Shown piece by piece: positions 36,507 through 45,423 of a stretch of 64,000 nt of DNA. The notes below the pieces were generated by a model. That model worked only from the letters and a program-made list of their open reading frames with translations. It was not told the DNA's origin and searched no databases. Positions within the stretch are counted from its first letter, which is position 1. Every line of letters begins with the position of its first letter. Source of the stretch: an uncultured Clostridia bacterium (lineage in GTDB: Bacteria; Bacillota; Clostridia; Oscillospirales; Ruminococcaceae); contig CAMMMX010000018.1 in NCBI GenBank assembly GCA_946498095.1, positions 765 to 64,764 on the forward strand. Direction: 5' to 3'. The translations under genes and the position numbers were made by a program.

Positions 36507-36701
36507 CTATGGGTTCGGCTCCTTCCCGTAGGGAGAAGAAATTGGTTCACCGTGCAGGCGTTCATACTCCTCAATATAGCGGGTAATCATATACTCGATC
36601 TCGCCGTTTTTGGAACGCAGTTCACGCTTGGCGACAGCACGGAGCTTCGCATGCAACTCGTTGGGTAGCCGTACCTGGAATGTCACACGATCCGTTTTCA
36701 A
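36507..36701 (-). CDS. Arc/MetJ-type ribbon-helix-helix DNA-binding protein, paralogue 3 (64 aa)
   Basis: VTFQVRLPNELHAKLRAVAKRELRSKNGEIEYMITRYI. TTG start behind a GGAGG RBS. Confidence 0.7.
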   Translation of the reverse strand: MKTDRVTFQVRLPNELHAKLRAVAKRELRSKNGEIEYMITRYIEEYERLHGEPISSPYGKEPNP

Positions 36702-36921
36702 TGGGCGTACCTCCTTTGCTTTTGAAATGGTGATAGGTTTATCATATTACAATGGGAATTATAGGAATAGTGTTACAATAGCTTCTATTTAATGTCAATA
36801 TTATGTGTAAACCGTTTGGAAAAATACCTGTGACCAACTGTTGACCCGTATAGTCAGAAGGAGAAATCTGCGACGCTTGCCGGCAGACCTTGTTTGGGTA
36901 TGCGACCGGACGCGATTCGGC

Positions 36922-36950
36922 TTGAATCGCCAAAAGGTTGGTGGTAAAAT
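36922..36950 (+). promoter_or_regulatory. sigma-A promoter of pepF
   Basis: TTGAAT (36922-36927), 17 nt, TAAAAT (36945-36950) with an upstream TG. This leaves a ~140-nt leader. Confidence 0.5.
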
Positions 36951-37095
36951 AAAGAAAATAAAACGGCCCGGGCACGAAAACAATGCCCTTGCGTCCAAAG
37001 GCGCGCATGTCCCGAGAAATCCATTCGGGTCGGCATTTGTTTTCCTGTGGGGCGGAGAGCGGGGGCCGTGTCCCCCCTTGGGAAGGAGAATTTCG

Positions 37096-38799
37096 ATGGA
37101 GTTGAAAAAATTTTCTGATTACCCGTATACGCGTCCGGATATTCCCGGTATGCTGAAGGAGTATGACGCAATTACGTCCGCAATGGGACAGGCGGGAAGT
37201 GCGGAAGAACAGCTTGCACTGTTTGCACAACACGAAAAACTGTACAGTTCCTTTGTAACGGCGGACGCTGCCTGTTATATCCGCCATACGGTGGATACTA
37301 CGGATAAGCGGTATGAGGAAGAATATACGTATATGCTGGAAAACGAGCCTTTTGTTGAGGAGAAGGTGCAGGGATTTTACAAAGCGCTGCTCGATTCCCG
37401 TTTCCGGCCGCAGCTGGAGGAAAAGCTGGGGAGCCTTTTGTTTACCAACTTGGAGATTGCCTCCCGGGCCTTTTCGCCTTCTGTTGTCCCTATGCTGCAG
37501 GAGGAGAACAGGCTGCAAAGTGATTACCAAAAGCTCGTAGCGTCGGCACAGATTCCCTTTAACGGCAAGACGTTGACCCTCGCACAGCTGGGAGCTTACA
37601 AGGAGAACCCCGACCGTAGGCTGCGCCGTCAGGCGTATGAGGCGGAGGGACAGTTTTACGAGGAGCGCCAGGAACAGTTTGATCAGATCTTTGACGATCT
37701 CGTCCAGGTACGCACCCGGATTGCCAAGGCGTTGGGGCTGGACAGCTTTACAAAGGTGGGATACCTGCGGCGTGGGCGAAACTGCTACGGTATCGAGCAG
37801 GTAGAGGCGTTTCGTGAGCAGGTCGCGCAGGATCTGGTTCCGATTGTCGGGCAGATTCGTCAAAATCAGGCGCGTCGGATCGGGATTGCGTCGCTGACAT
37901 TCTATGACGATTTATTCGTCTTCCCCGATGGAAACGCTCATCCTACCGGAACGCCGGACGAAATCATGGCCGCGGGCAAGCGGATGTATGAGGAAATGGG
38001 AGCGGAAACCGGGCGCTTTATCCATTTCATGATGGAGCATGGTCTGTTTGACTGTGTTGCCACCAAAGGCAAGGCGGCAGGTGGATACTGTACCTATCTG
38101 CCGGATTTGAAAGCGCCGTTTATCTTTTCTAATTTCAACGGCACCTCAGGGGATGTCGATGTGCTGACACATGAAGCGGGACACGCGTTTGCCGCCTTCG
38201 AGGCGGAGAAGGCAACGGATATCCTCGAGCTGCGCGATCCGACGATGGAGTCCTGCGAGGTGCATTCGATGAGCATGGAATTTCTTGCCGAGCCGTGGTA
38301 TCCGCTGTTTTTTGGCCCGATGGCTGGGAAGTATACGCTTTCCCACCTGGAGGATGCACTGAAATTTATTCCCTATGGCTGCATGGTGGACGAGTTCCAG
38401 CATATCGTGTATGACCAGCCGCAGCTGACGCCGGATCAGCGCCGGGAGGCATGGCTTTCGCTCGAGCGTAAGTACCGTCCCGAGCTCGACTTCGGCGGCC
38501 TGCCTTTTTACGGTAAGGGCAGCGGGTGGCAGAGACAAAGCCACATCTATTTAAGTCCGTTCTATTACATTGACTACACTTTTGCCCAGATCACTGCGCT
38601 GCAAATTTGGCAGACGGCGCAGCGCAGTCATGACGAGGCGTGGGGTCAGTACCGCGCCTTCATGTCCGGCGCGGGGACGAAGACCTTTGTCGGGCTTTTG
38701 GAGACGGCGGGGCTGAAAACGCCGTTTGAGCCGGGGCTGGTCAAATCCGTGGCCGACAGTGCTGCGCAGTGGATTGCAGCGCATCCCTACAAAGCATAA
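37096..38799 (+). CDS. pepF: M3B family oligoendopeptidase F
   Basis: 567 aa with the zinc motif LTHEAGHAF. ATG 37096 behind a GGAAGGAG RBS. The upstream part of the track ORF is non-coding-like. Confidence 0.85.
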   Translation: MELKKFSDYPYTRPDIPGMLKEYDAITSAMGQAGSAEEQLALFAQHEKLYSSFVTADAACYIRHTVDTTDKRYEEEYTYMLENEPFVEEKVQGFYKALLDSRFRPQLEEKLGSLLFTNLEIASRAFSPSVVPMLQEENRLQSDYQKLVASAQIPFNGKTLTLAQLGAYKENPDRRLRRQAYEAEGQFYEERQEQFDQIFDDLVQVRTRIAKALGLDSFTKVGYLRRGRNCYGIEQVEAFREQVAQDLVPIVGQIRQNQARRIGIASLTFYDDLFVFPDGNAHPTGTPDEIMAAGKRMYEEMGAETGRFIHFMMEHGLFDCVATKGKAAGGYCTYLPDLKAPFIFSNFNGTSGDVDVLTHEAGHAFAAFEAEKATDILELRDPTMESCEVHSMSMEFLAEPWYPLFFGPMAGKYTLSHLEDALKFIPYGCMVDEFQHIVYDQPQLTPDQRREAWLSLERKYRPELDFGGLPFYGKGSGWQRQSHIYLSPFYYIDYTFAQITALQIWQTAQRSHDEAWGQYRAFMSGAGTKTFVGLLETAGLKTPFEPGLVKSVADSAAQWIAAHPYKA

Positions 38800-39144
38800 A
38801 ATATGAAGGACATTTTTTCAGCTTGCCGTCCGGAAAGCATCTTTTGTTTGTAGGGACGTCCTATCTCGTCAGAAGAGACGCGGGATACAGTTTGGTGACG
38901 GGATTGTATCTTTTCACGGAAAAGGGCTCGACAGGGATTGTACAACCGAGGTACGATGGTGATTTTGCCGCCGACTGACGATCCCTCGAGGTGTCCGCAG
39001 AAGGTGGCGGCGTCCTGCTCAAGAGCGATGGGCTGACGGAGCGAGAAAGGATGCGCTTCAACTGGCCGGGGAGAGGTTCGCATCACTCCGACTAATCCGG
39101 ATGGGTGTAAGACGGTCACATTCGAGTGGAACATGGGATTGGAC

Positions 39145-39176
39145 AAAGCGGCGTGGTCGGGCGCCGCTTTGTTTTT
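39145..39176 (+). terminator. strong plus-strand intrinsic terminator ~350 nt downstream of pepF
   Basis: AAAGCGGCG, 8-nt loop, CGCCGCTTT, followed by GTTTTTG. Confidence 0.7.
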
Positions 39177-39375
39177 GCCGTGTGTCTGTTTTCCACCACG
39201 TCCTTTCATGATTGTGGAAGAATTGCGGCAGTAAACCGATCGGGATGACTGGTCATCTACTCCTGTGTGTGGTACAATATCCTCAAACAGGGCATTTGAA
39301 GCATACAAAACGGACGGGTTCCGATGGGTACGAGTCATAACAGAGGATCCACAAAAACGGAAAGGAAACAAAAGC

Positions 39376-40686
39376 ATGGCAAACACAATGAGGGGAAAGC
39401 CCAATCAGGACAGGCAACGCAGCCGGGAGGGGCGGAAACGGCAGGAGCAGCCGAAACGTCCGGAGATACGGCAGTGCATAACGGGACAGGGTCAGGATGT
39501 TCAGGATGGGGCACAGAGGGCAGGGGCCTGTCCCCTCTACCGTAAGTGCGGAGGCTGTCAGCTGCAAAATATGGACTATCCCCGGCAGCTGCACTGGAAG
39601 CAGGCCCAAGTCGAGAGGCTGCTGCGTCAGTTCGGCACGGTGGGGCCGATCATTGGGATGGACAAGCCCTACCATTACCGCAACAAGGTCCAGGCAGCAT
39701 TTGGCACCACGCGCGACCGGCGGATCATCTCCGGGGTCTATCAGTCCAGTACCCATCGGATCGTCCCGGTAGACAGCTGTATGACCGAGGATGTCAAGGC
39801 GGACGCTATTATTGTTACCATCCGAAAGCTTCTGGAAAGCTTTAAGCTGACCACTTACAATGAAGTGACCGGAGGGGGCTTTCTACGCCACGTGCTGGTC
39901 AAACGGGGGTTCCAAAGCGGCCAGATTATGGTGGTGCTGGTCACCGGGACGCCGGTTTTCCCGTCGAAAAAGAACTTTGTGAAGGCGCTGCTGGCCGAGC
40001 ATCCGGATATCACGACTATCCTGCATAATATCAACGGCGAGCGTACCAGCATGGTCTTGGGCGAGCGGGAAAAAACGCTGTACGGGCCGGGGTATATCGA
40101 GGATACCTTATGCAAAATGACGTTCCGCATATCGGCCAAGTCGTTTTACCAGATAAACCCCGTCCAGACCGAGGTGTTGTACGGAAAAGCGGTCGAGTTT
40201 GCGGGCTTGACAGGGAAGGAAACCGTCATCGACGCCTACTGCGGGATCGGGACGATTGGGCTGGTTGCCAGCCACAGTGCGGGACAGGTGCTCGGCGTGG
40301 AACTGAACCCCGATGCTGTGAAGGACGCGGCGGTCAACGCGCGCAGAAACGACGTCACAAACGTACAGTTCGTTTGCGCCGACGCGGGCGAGCTGATGTC
40401 GGCGATGGCGCAGGAGGGGGAGCGGGTCGATGTGGTTTTCATGGATCCGCCCCGTGCCGGCAGCGACGAACGTTTCCTATCGTCGCTTTGTTCTCTTGCA
40501 CCGGACAGAGTGGTCTACATCTCCTGCAACCCGCAGACGCAGCAGCGCGACCTGCGTTTTCTCGTCCGCCACGGATACCGCGTCGAACGGATCCAGCCGG
40601 TGGACATGTTCCCCTGGACCAACCATATTGAGTGTGTGGTGGCGCTGGCAAGGGAAAAAGGAGAAAGTGAACATAGCAGTAGATGA
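39376..40686 (+). CDS. rlmD: 23S rRNA (uracil-C5)-methyltransferase, RumA/RlmD family
   Basis: Fe-S Cys cluster CPLYRKCGGCQLQNM, SAM motif DAYCGIGTIGL, FMDPPRAG, and catalytic YISCNP. A basic N-terminal tail replaces the TRAM domain. ATG 39376. Confidence 0.8.
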   Translation: MANTMRGKPNQDRQRSREGRKRQEQPKRPEIRQCITGQGQDVQDGAQRAGACPLYRKCGGCQLQNMDYPRQLHWKQAQVERLLRQFGTVGPIIGMDKPYHYRNKVQAAFGTTRDRRIISGVYQSSTHRIVPVDSCMTEDVKADAIIVTIRKLLESFKLTTYNEVTGGGFLRHVLVKRGFQSGQIMVVLVTGTPVFPSKKNFVKALLAEHPDITTILHNINGERTSMVLGEREKTLYGPGYIEDTLCKMTFRISAKSFYQINPVQTEVLYGKAVEFAGLTGKETVIDAYCGIGTIGLVASHSAGQVLGVELNPDAVKDAAVNARRNDVTNVQFVCADAGELMSAMAQEGERVDVVFMDPPRAGSDERFLSSLCSLAPDRVVYISCNPQTQQRDLRFLVRHGYRVERIQPVDMFPWTNHIECVVALAREKGESEHSSR

Positions 40687-41155
40687 TAAAAAGGAATACC
40701 GTTGGTATGATTGAGTCGACTGTGTGTCTAGGAAGTGAATGGCTCCAATCAAAGCGACAATAACAAAAGCATCGAAGCATCAAAAACGGATATTGCCGTG
40801 CAGTTTGAAAAGATTCTCAACATGAGGAATAGAAACCTTCATAGCTTTCCAATAGCGGATGAAGATGGGGAGCAGCGATTAGCAACAAAAGACAAACGAC
40901 ACAATCAATTTGTAATTACAGAGGAATTTTTATACATGAGAAAGAACTGTTATCCCCAATGTTTCATATTTTCAGGGGGCATTGAATGCTATTTTCCATT
41001 TTGACGATCTGTTTCCGAGGGAGATCAGGCTGCTTCTTCCAGGCATCCGAATCGTTATCTTTGTAGATGAAGCGCAAATAACTTCTTCATGTGCTGCAAA
41101 AAAGGATTAGCATAACCAGCGTTAAGTAGATCTTTTCTCACTAAGAAGAAAACAC

Positions 41156-41186
41156 CCGCATACAGGGAAACGTATCCTGTATGCGG
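41156..41186 (-). terminator. intrinsic terminator after the NifX-like gene (usable in both directions)
   Basis: 11-bp stem CCGCATACAGG / CCTGTATGCGG. The minus strand is followed by GTGTTTTCTTCTT. Confidence 0.7.
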
Positions 41187-41233
41187 ATGTTTTCGTCCTA
41201 TTGTGCGCTGCGCAGCGGTCGCGGGTTTGACGC

Positions 41234-41638
41234 TCAATGGTTGCCTGCGCAGCCATGCTTGTCCTCGCCGCAGTGGTGGTCGCCGCAGGAGTGTCCGCCT
41301 GCATGGTGATGGCTGCACATCGTGTCCGGGTGAAAGTGAAGCTCTCCTTTCAACAGCGCATCGACGCTCTCGTCGGCGTCTCCCGTGACGCCGGGGTATA
41401 GCTTAATGCCCATTTCGGCAAGAGCCGTCCGTGCGCCGCCGCCGATGCCTCCGCAAATGAGGGTGTCCACCCCTTGTCCCTTGAGGAAGCCGGCAAGTGC
41501 ACCGTGCCCGCTGCCGATTGCGCTGACGATTTCCGAGGAGCGGATAGCCCCCTCCTCGACATGATAAATTTTAAAGGTTTCGCAATGGCCGAAGTGCTGG
41601 AACACGCGGCCATTTTCATATGTGACTGCGATTGTCAT
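41234..41638 (-). CDS. NifB/NifX-family (dinitrogenase Fe-Mo cofactor biosynthesis domain) protein with a His/Cys-rich tail
   Basis: MTIAVTYENGRVFQHFGHCETFKIY...LICGGIGGGA is typical of PF02579-type proteins. C-terminal tail is CSHHHAGGHSCGDHHCGEDKHGCAGNH. ATG 41638 behind a GGGAGG RBS. Confidence 0.7.
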   Translation of the reverse strand: MTIAVTYENGRVFQHFGHCETFKIYHVEEGAIRSSEIVSAIGSGHGALAGFLKGQGVDTLICGGIGGGARTALAEMGIKLYPGVTGDADESVDALLKGELHFHPDTMCSHHHAGGHSCGDHHCGEDKHGCAGNH

Positions 41639-41684
41639 AATAAGCCTCCCGTTTGAACTTGATGCCTTTATTATACGCCTATTA

Positions 41685-41698
41685 TTGACATATGTCAA
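41685..41698. promoter_or_regulatory. perfect 14-bp palindrome, candidate operator upstream of the NifX-like gene
   Basis: TTGACATATGTCAA, 47 nt upstream of the ATG. Confidence 0.4.
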
Positions 41699-41742
41699 AT
41701 ATAAATTTCCTTTCTTTTTCTGTATAGGTTCCTGAGATAAAA

Positions 41743-41771
41743 TTGACGAACGTCCCGGCGACTGGTATAAT
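41743..41771 (+). promoter_or_regulatory. sigma-A promoter of zapA
   Basis: TTGACG (41743-41748), 17 nt, TATAAT (41766-41771). Confidence 0.65.
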
Positions 41772-41886
41772 AGTGTCAAATAAGATCTGATGGCTGTAAA
41801 CGGTAGCGTTTGGCGTCAGAAACACAAAATCCCGGAAGGGCCAAGCTTGTCCGGGTAACAGTATGACGTGAAAGGGCGTGTGAGGT

Positions 41887-42279
41887 ATGACCAATAAGGT
41901 CAAGGTTAATATCTGCGGCAAGGACTACAACCTGCAGACGCAGGAAAGCCCGGAATACGTACTGGAGCTGGCGCGGCTGATCAACCGTGACATTTCCTCG
42001 CTTTTAAAAACCAGCGAGACAATGTCCATTACAGCGGCGACGACTGTGACCGCACTGTCTTATCTGGATGATTTGACAAAACTCAATTCCAATATGGATA
42101 ATATCCGCCTGCAGATAAAAAACTATGTGGAGGAAGCTGCAAAAGCACGTGTGGAGGCTGAAGATCTCAAAAAACAGCTGGAAGCGTCTCAGCGAAGGGC
42201 GGAGGAGCTGGAGAATGAAGTACGGCTGCTGCGCCTGCGCGATCAGGTCAGCGGTGCCGCACCGGAAGCGGATGCGTGA
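41887..42279 (+). CDS. zapA: cell division protein ZapA
   Basis: 130 aa. KVNICGKDYNLQTQESPEYVLELARLIN is the canonical ZapA N-terminus, followed by a C-terminal coiled coil. Confidence 0.8.
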   Translation: MTNKVKVNICGKDYNLQTQESPEYVLELARLINRDISSLLKTSETMSITAATTVTALSYLDDLTKLNSNMDNIRLQIKNYVEEAAKARVEAEDLKKQLEASQRRAEELENEVRLLRLRDQVSGAAPEADA

Positions 42280-42452
42280 ACTGGGCCGCATACAGATGGG
42301 CATTTGTCCCCCTGATGGACCGGGGACACAGTTTTCGGATGTCTTTCCAGCAAAAGCTGCGCTTGTAGCGGCTTTGGGTGCTCGTCCATGAGAGAAGACG
42401 CGGAAGGGAGCCTTTCCGCGTCTGTAAATTTTGAGTCAAAGGCGGTGGCAGG

Positions 42453-44546
42453 ATGAACAGCAGACCGGAAATACTCGCGCCGGTATCGACACGTGAAGGC
42501 GTTTGCGCGGCGGTCGGATGCGGTGCGGACGCAGTCTATCTGGGCGGTAAGGATTTCAACGCGCGGAAGAACGCGCACAATTTCACTTACGATGAATTAA
42601 AACTCGCTACAGACTACTGCCATGCGCGTGACGTTAAGGTATACCTTGCGGTCAACACACTTGTATTTGATAGCGAGCTGCGTGCTTTCGCGCAGACAAT
42701 ACGCGCCGCCTGCGAGTGCGGCGTCGATGCGTTTATCGTGCAGGATCTCGGGGCGGCAGACATCATCCGCAGCATAGCCCCTGGGATACGGATGCACGCT
42801 TCCACGCAGATGACGATCCATTCTCCGGCAGGGGCGCGGTTTGCCGCATCGCTTGGGTTTGAGCGTATCGTCGCGGCACGGGAGATGTCGCGGGAGGAGC
42901 TGGGCCAGCTGGTCAAGGAGAGCCCTATTGAGGTGGAGGTATTTGTCCACGGTGCGCTGTGCATGTGTGTGTCGGGGCAGTGTTATCTGAGCGGCGTACT
43001 GGGGCAGCGCAGTGCGAACCGCGGGCAGTGCGCACAGCCCTGCCGGTTGCAGTTCGGGGTGCGCCGTCCGGAGGACTGTGACCTTTCGCTGAAGGATCTG
43101 TCTTTGCTACATCCCGACTACTTGGCGGAGCTTGCGCGGATGGGAGTGGCGTCGCTGAAAATCGAAGGGCGGATGAAGCGCCCGGAATATGTAGCGGCGG
43201 CCGTGACAGCCTGCCGGCAGGCTCTGGATGGGGAGATGCCGGATTTGGAAAGGCTGCGCAGCGTGTTTTCCCGCAGCGGGTTTACGGACGGCTATTTCCT
43301 GGGCAATCTTGGCAGGCAGATGTTCGGCGTCCGTACAAGGGAGGACGTTGCTAGGGCCCAGCCGGTGCTCAACGAGCTGAAGAACAGTTACCAGAAGGAG
43401 TACAAGCGCGGCAGCGTGGATATGGAGCTTAGCCTTCAAACGGGGCATCCGTCACGGCTGCGGATGTGCGACGATCACGGCAACAGCGTTGAAAGTTATA
43501 TCGACCCGCCCCAGAAGGCCCTCAGCCGTCCTACCGACGAAGCGCAGGCCCGCATGCAGCTGTCCAAGCTGGGGGATACGATTTTTACGATGGGGAGTCT
43601 TACAGTGGACAACCCGTCCGGTTTGTACCTGTCGGCATCCCGCCTCAACGCGCTGCGCCGCGGCGCTTGCGAGGAGCTGATGCGGGTGCGCGCCAGAAGA
43701 GCGCCCCGCCTGAGCATCCGTCCCGATTATGAGGACGAGTCCCTCTCCTTTATGAAACGGCCGTCGGATTTGCGCAGTCCGCGACTGCGGGCACGTTTCC
43801 GCACCTTTGCGCAGATCCCCCAAAATGCCTTTTCCATATGTGAATATGTGATTTTGCCGATTGACGAGGTAGTGGCGCATGGAAAGGAGCTTGCGCCCTG
43901 GAGGGAAAAAGTGATCCTTTCTCCCGTGCGCCTGTTGTTTGGCGTTGAGGATGATGTTGCGCGGGTGCTGAGGCAGCTGAAGGCGCAGGGATTCCATCAT
44001 ATAGAGTGCCATACGGTGGGGCATATTGTACTGGGACGGGAGTGCGGTATGACGCTGCATGGCGCGTTTTCGCTGAATCTAGCCAATACCCGTGCGCTCA
44101 TCCGGGCGGCCAAGGAAGGGCTAGCCGATGCCGTAGTGTCACGGGAGCTGACGCTGGACCGGGCGCGCCATCTAGGGGATTATCTGCCTTATGGCGTAAC
44201 GGCTTATGGCCGTTTGCCGGTGATGACAGTGAGAAACTGTCCTGTCCGCAATGTCAAAACCTGCACCGCCTGTGCAGGGCGGGAACAACTGGTCGACAGG
44301 ATGGGGAAGAAGTTCCCGGTGCGCTGTGAGAGGTTCCGCGGCAGGCAGGTTGTATCGGATATCTATAACGCCGATGTGCTCTATATGGCCGATCGGCTGC
44401 GCGATCTGGAGGGCTTTGATTTTATTGTGCTGGATTTCACCGTAGAAGAACGGGCGGAAGTGTCTGAGGTGCTCCGGTCGTATCAGATCGGGGATGGGAA
44501 CAGAAGCGGAGTGACGAGGGAACTGCTCTATCGTGGGGCGCTGTGA
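42453..44546 (+). CDS. peptidase U32 family protein
   Basis: 697 aa with N-terminal PEILAPV...GADAVYLGG and E..VHGALC..VSGQCYLS motifs of the U32 family. Confidence 0.8.
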   Translation: MNSRPEILAPVSTREGVCAAVGCGADAVYLGGKDFNARKNAHNFTYDELKLATDYCHARDVKVYLAVNTLVFDSELRAFAQTIRAACECGVDAFIVQDLGAADIIRSIAPGIRMHASTQMTIHSPAGARFAASLGFERIVAAREMSREELGQLVKESPIEVEVFVHGALCMCVSGQCYLSGVLGQRSANRGQCAQPCRLQFGVRRPEDCDLSLKDLSLLHPDYLAELARMGVASLKIEGRMKRPEYVAAAVTACRQALDGEMPDLERLRSVFSRSGFTDGYFLGNLGRQMFGVRTREDVARAQPVLNELKNSYQKEYKRGSVDMELSLQTGHPSRLRMCDDHGNSVESYIDPPQKALSRPTDEAQARMQLSKLGDTIFTMGSLTVDNPSGLYLSASRLNALRRGACEELMRVRARRAPRLSIRPDYEDESLSFMKRPSDLRSPRLRARFRTFAQIPQNAFSICEYVILPIDEVVAHGKELAPWREKVILSPVRLLFGVEDDVARVLRQLKAQGFHHIECHTVGHIVLGRECGMTLHGAFSLNLANTRALIRAAKEGLADAVVSRELTLDRARHLGDYLPYGVTAYGRLPVMTVRNCPVRNVKTCTACAGREQLVDRMGKKFPVRCERFRGRQVVSDIYNADVLYMADRLRDLEGFDFIVLDFTVEERAEVSEVLRSYQIGDGNRSGVTRELLYRGAL

Positions 44547-44576
44547 TAGATTCGGTTGAGGAAAGGAAGCGGAAAA

Positions 44577-45029
44577 ATGGAGGAAAAGGCAACGGTGCTT
44601 CGGGTACGGCGGCTGCGTCCGGATGCGGTGCTCCCCGCCAGGGCGACACCGGGAAGTGCGGGTTATGATCTTTGCGCCTGTCTGGATGAAGAGTTGACAG
44701 TCCACCCAGGTGAAATTGTAAAGGTTTCTACGGGATTGGCGGTCGAGCTTAGTGGAAACGGCTATGCCGCCATGATTTACCCCCGAAGCGGGTTGGCGTC
44801 GCGTTATGGGTTGACGCTAGCCAACTGTGTCGGCGTGGTGGACAGCGACTACCGCGGCGAGGTCTGTGTAGCCATGATAAACCTTGGCACAAAAGCGTAC
44901 GCCATCCAAAGCGGGGAACGGATCGCCCAGCTGGTGGTGACGCCGGTTGCGCTGCCGACAGTGGAAGAGGTAGCCGCGCTGTCCGACACCGTCCGCGGGA
45001 CGGGCGGGTTTGGTTCAACCGGGAAATGA
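44577..45029 (+). CDS. dut: dUTP diphosphatase
   Basis: All five dUTPase motifs are present (AGYDL, PRSGLA, GVVDSDYRGE, RIAQLV, RGTGGFGSTG). ATG 44577. Confidence 0.9.
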   Translation: MEEKATVLRVRRLRPDAVLPARATPGSAGYDLCACLDEELTVHPGEIVKVSTGLAVELSGNGYAAMIYPRSGLASRYGLTLANCVGVVDSDYRGEVCVAMINLGTKAYAIQSGERIAQLVVTPVALPTVEEVAALSDTVRGTGGFGSTGK

Positions 45030-45118
45030 CGGTTTGGCCGATACAGGGTGTATCCCTGCGCATAAGTCCTGGAAACGGCTGACAGCCAGGAGAACCCGGA
45101 AAGGAATGACCTGATTTT

Positions 45119-45388
45119 ATGAAATGGAAAAAGACGCTGATTTTTTTATTGTTGCTGCTGGCAGGTATTATGGCGGGCGCGGTCATTGGTAGTCTGTGCC
45201 GGAATGTCGGGGCGTTGCAGTGGCTGAGCTACGCACAAAGTATTGGTATTGGCAGCGACACGCCGCTTGTTTTGGATTTGATTGTGATGAAAATTACCTT
45301 CGGCCTGTCCTTCTCGATTAATGTCGCGCAGGTCATCTGCATCATTATCGCACTGGCGTTCTACAAAGTGTTTAGCAAGGGCTTCTAA
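45119..45388 (+). CDS. DUF4321 small membrane protein
   Basis: 89 aa with two hydrophobic segments. Conserved position between dut/maf and mreB in Clostridia. Confidence 0.6.
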   Translation: MKWKKTLIFLLLLLAGIMAGAVIGSLCRNVGALQWLSYAQSIGIGSDTPLVLDLIVMKITFGLSFSINVAQVICIIIALAFYKVFSKGF

Positions 45389-45423
45389 TTGGCATATCAG
45401 CGATAGGAAAGGAGGGGCGTATT

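Noticed and set aside
36951-37095. Riboswitch in the ~140-nt pepF leader
   Set aside because: The region is GC-rich with short hairpins (CCCGA..TCGGG, GGGGG..CCCCC next to the RBS). It matches no riboswitch consensus I know. A GGACGCAAGGG element on the opposite strand only superficially resembles c-di-GMP-I.
38787-39404. 205-aa minus-strand ORF read as a YfcE/MJ0936-type phosphoesterase
   Set aside because: The key metal motifs are not preserved (GHLE instead of GHTH, no GNCD/GDxHG). The ORF runs into the rlmD promoter and start, and contains the plus-strand terminator hairpin. At most it is an old remnant.
40735-41004. 89-aa plus-strand ORF as a real gene
   Set aside because: It has no RBS, odd composition and no family resemblance, and it lies in AT-rich debris between convergent genes.
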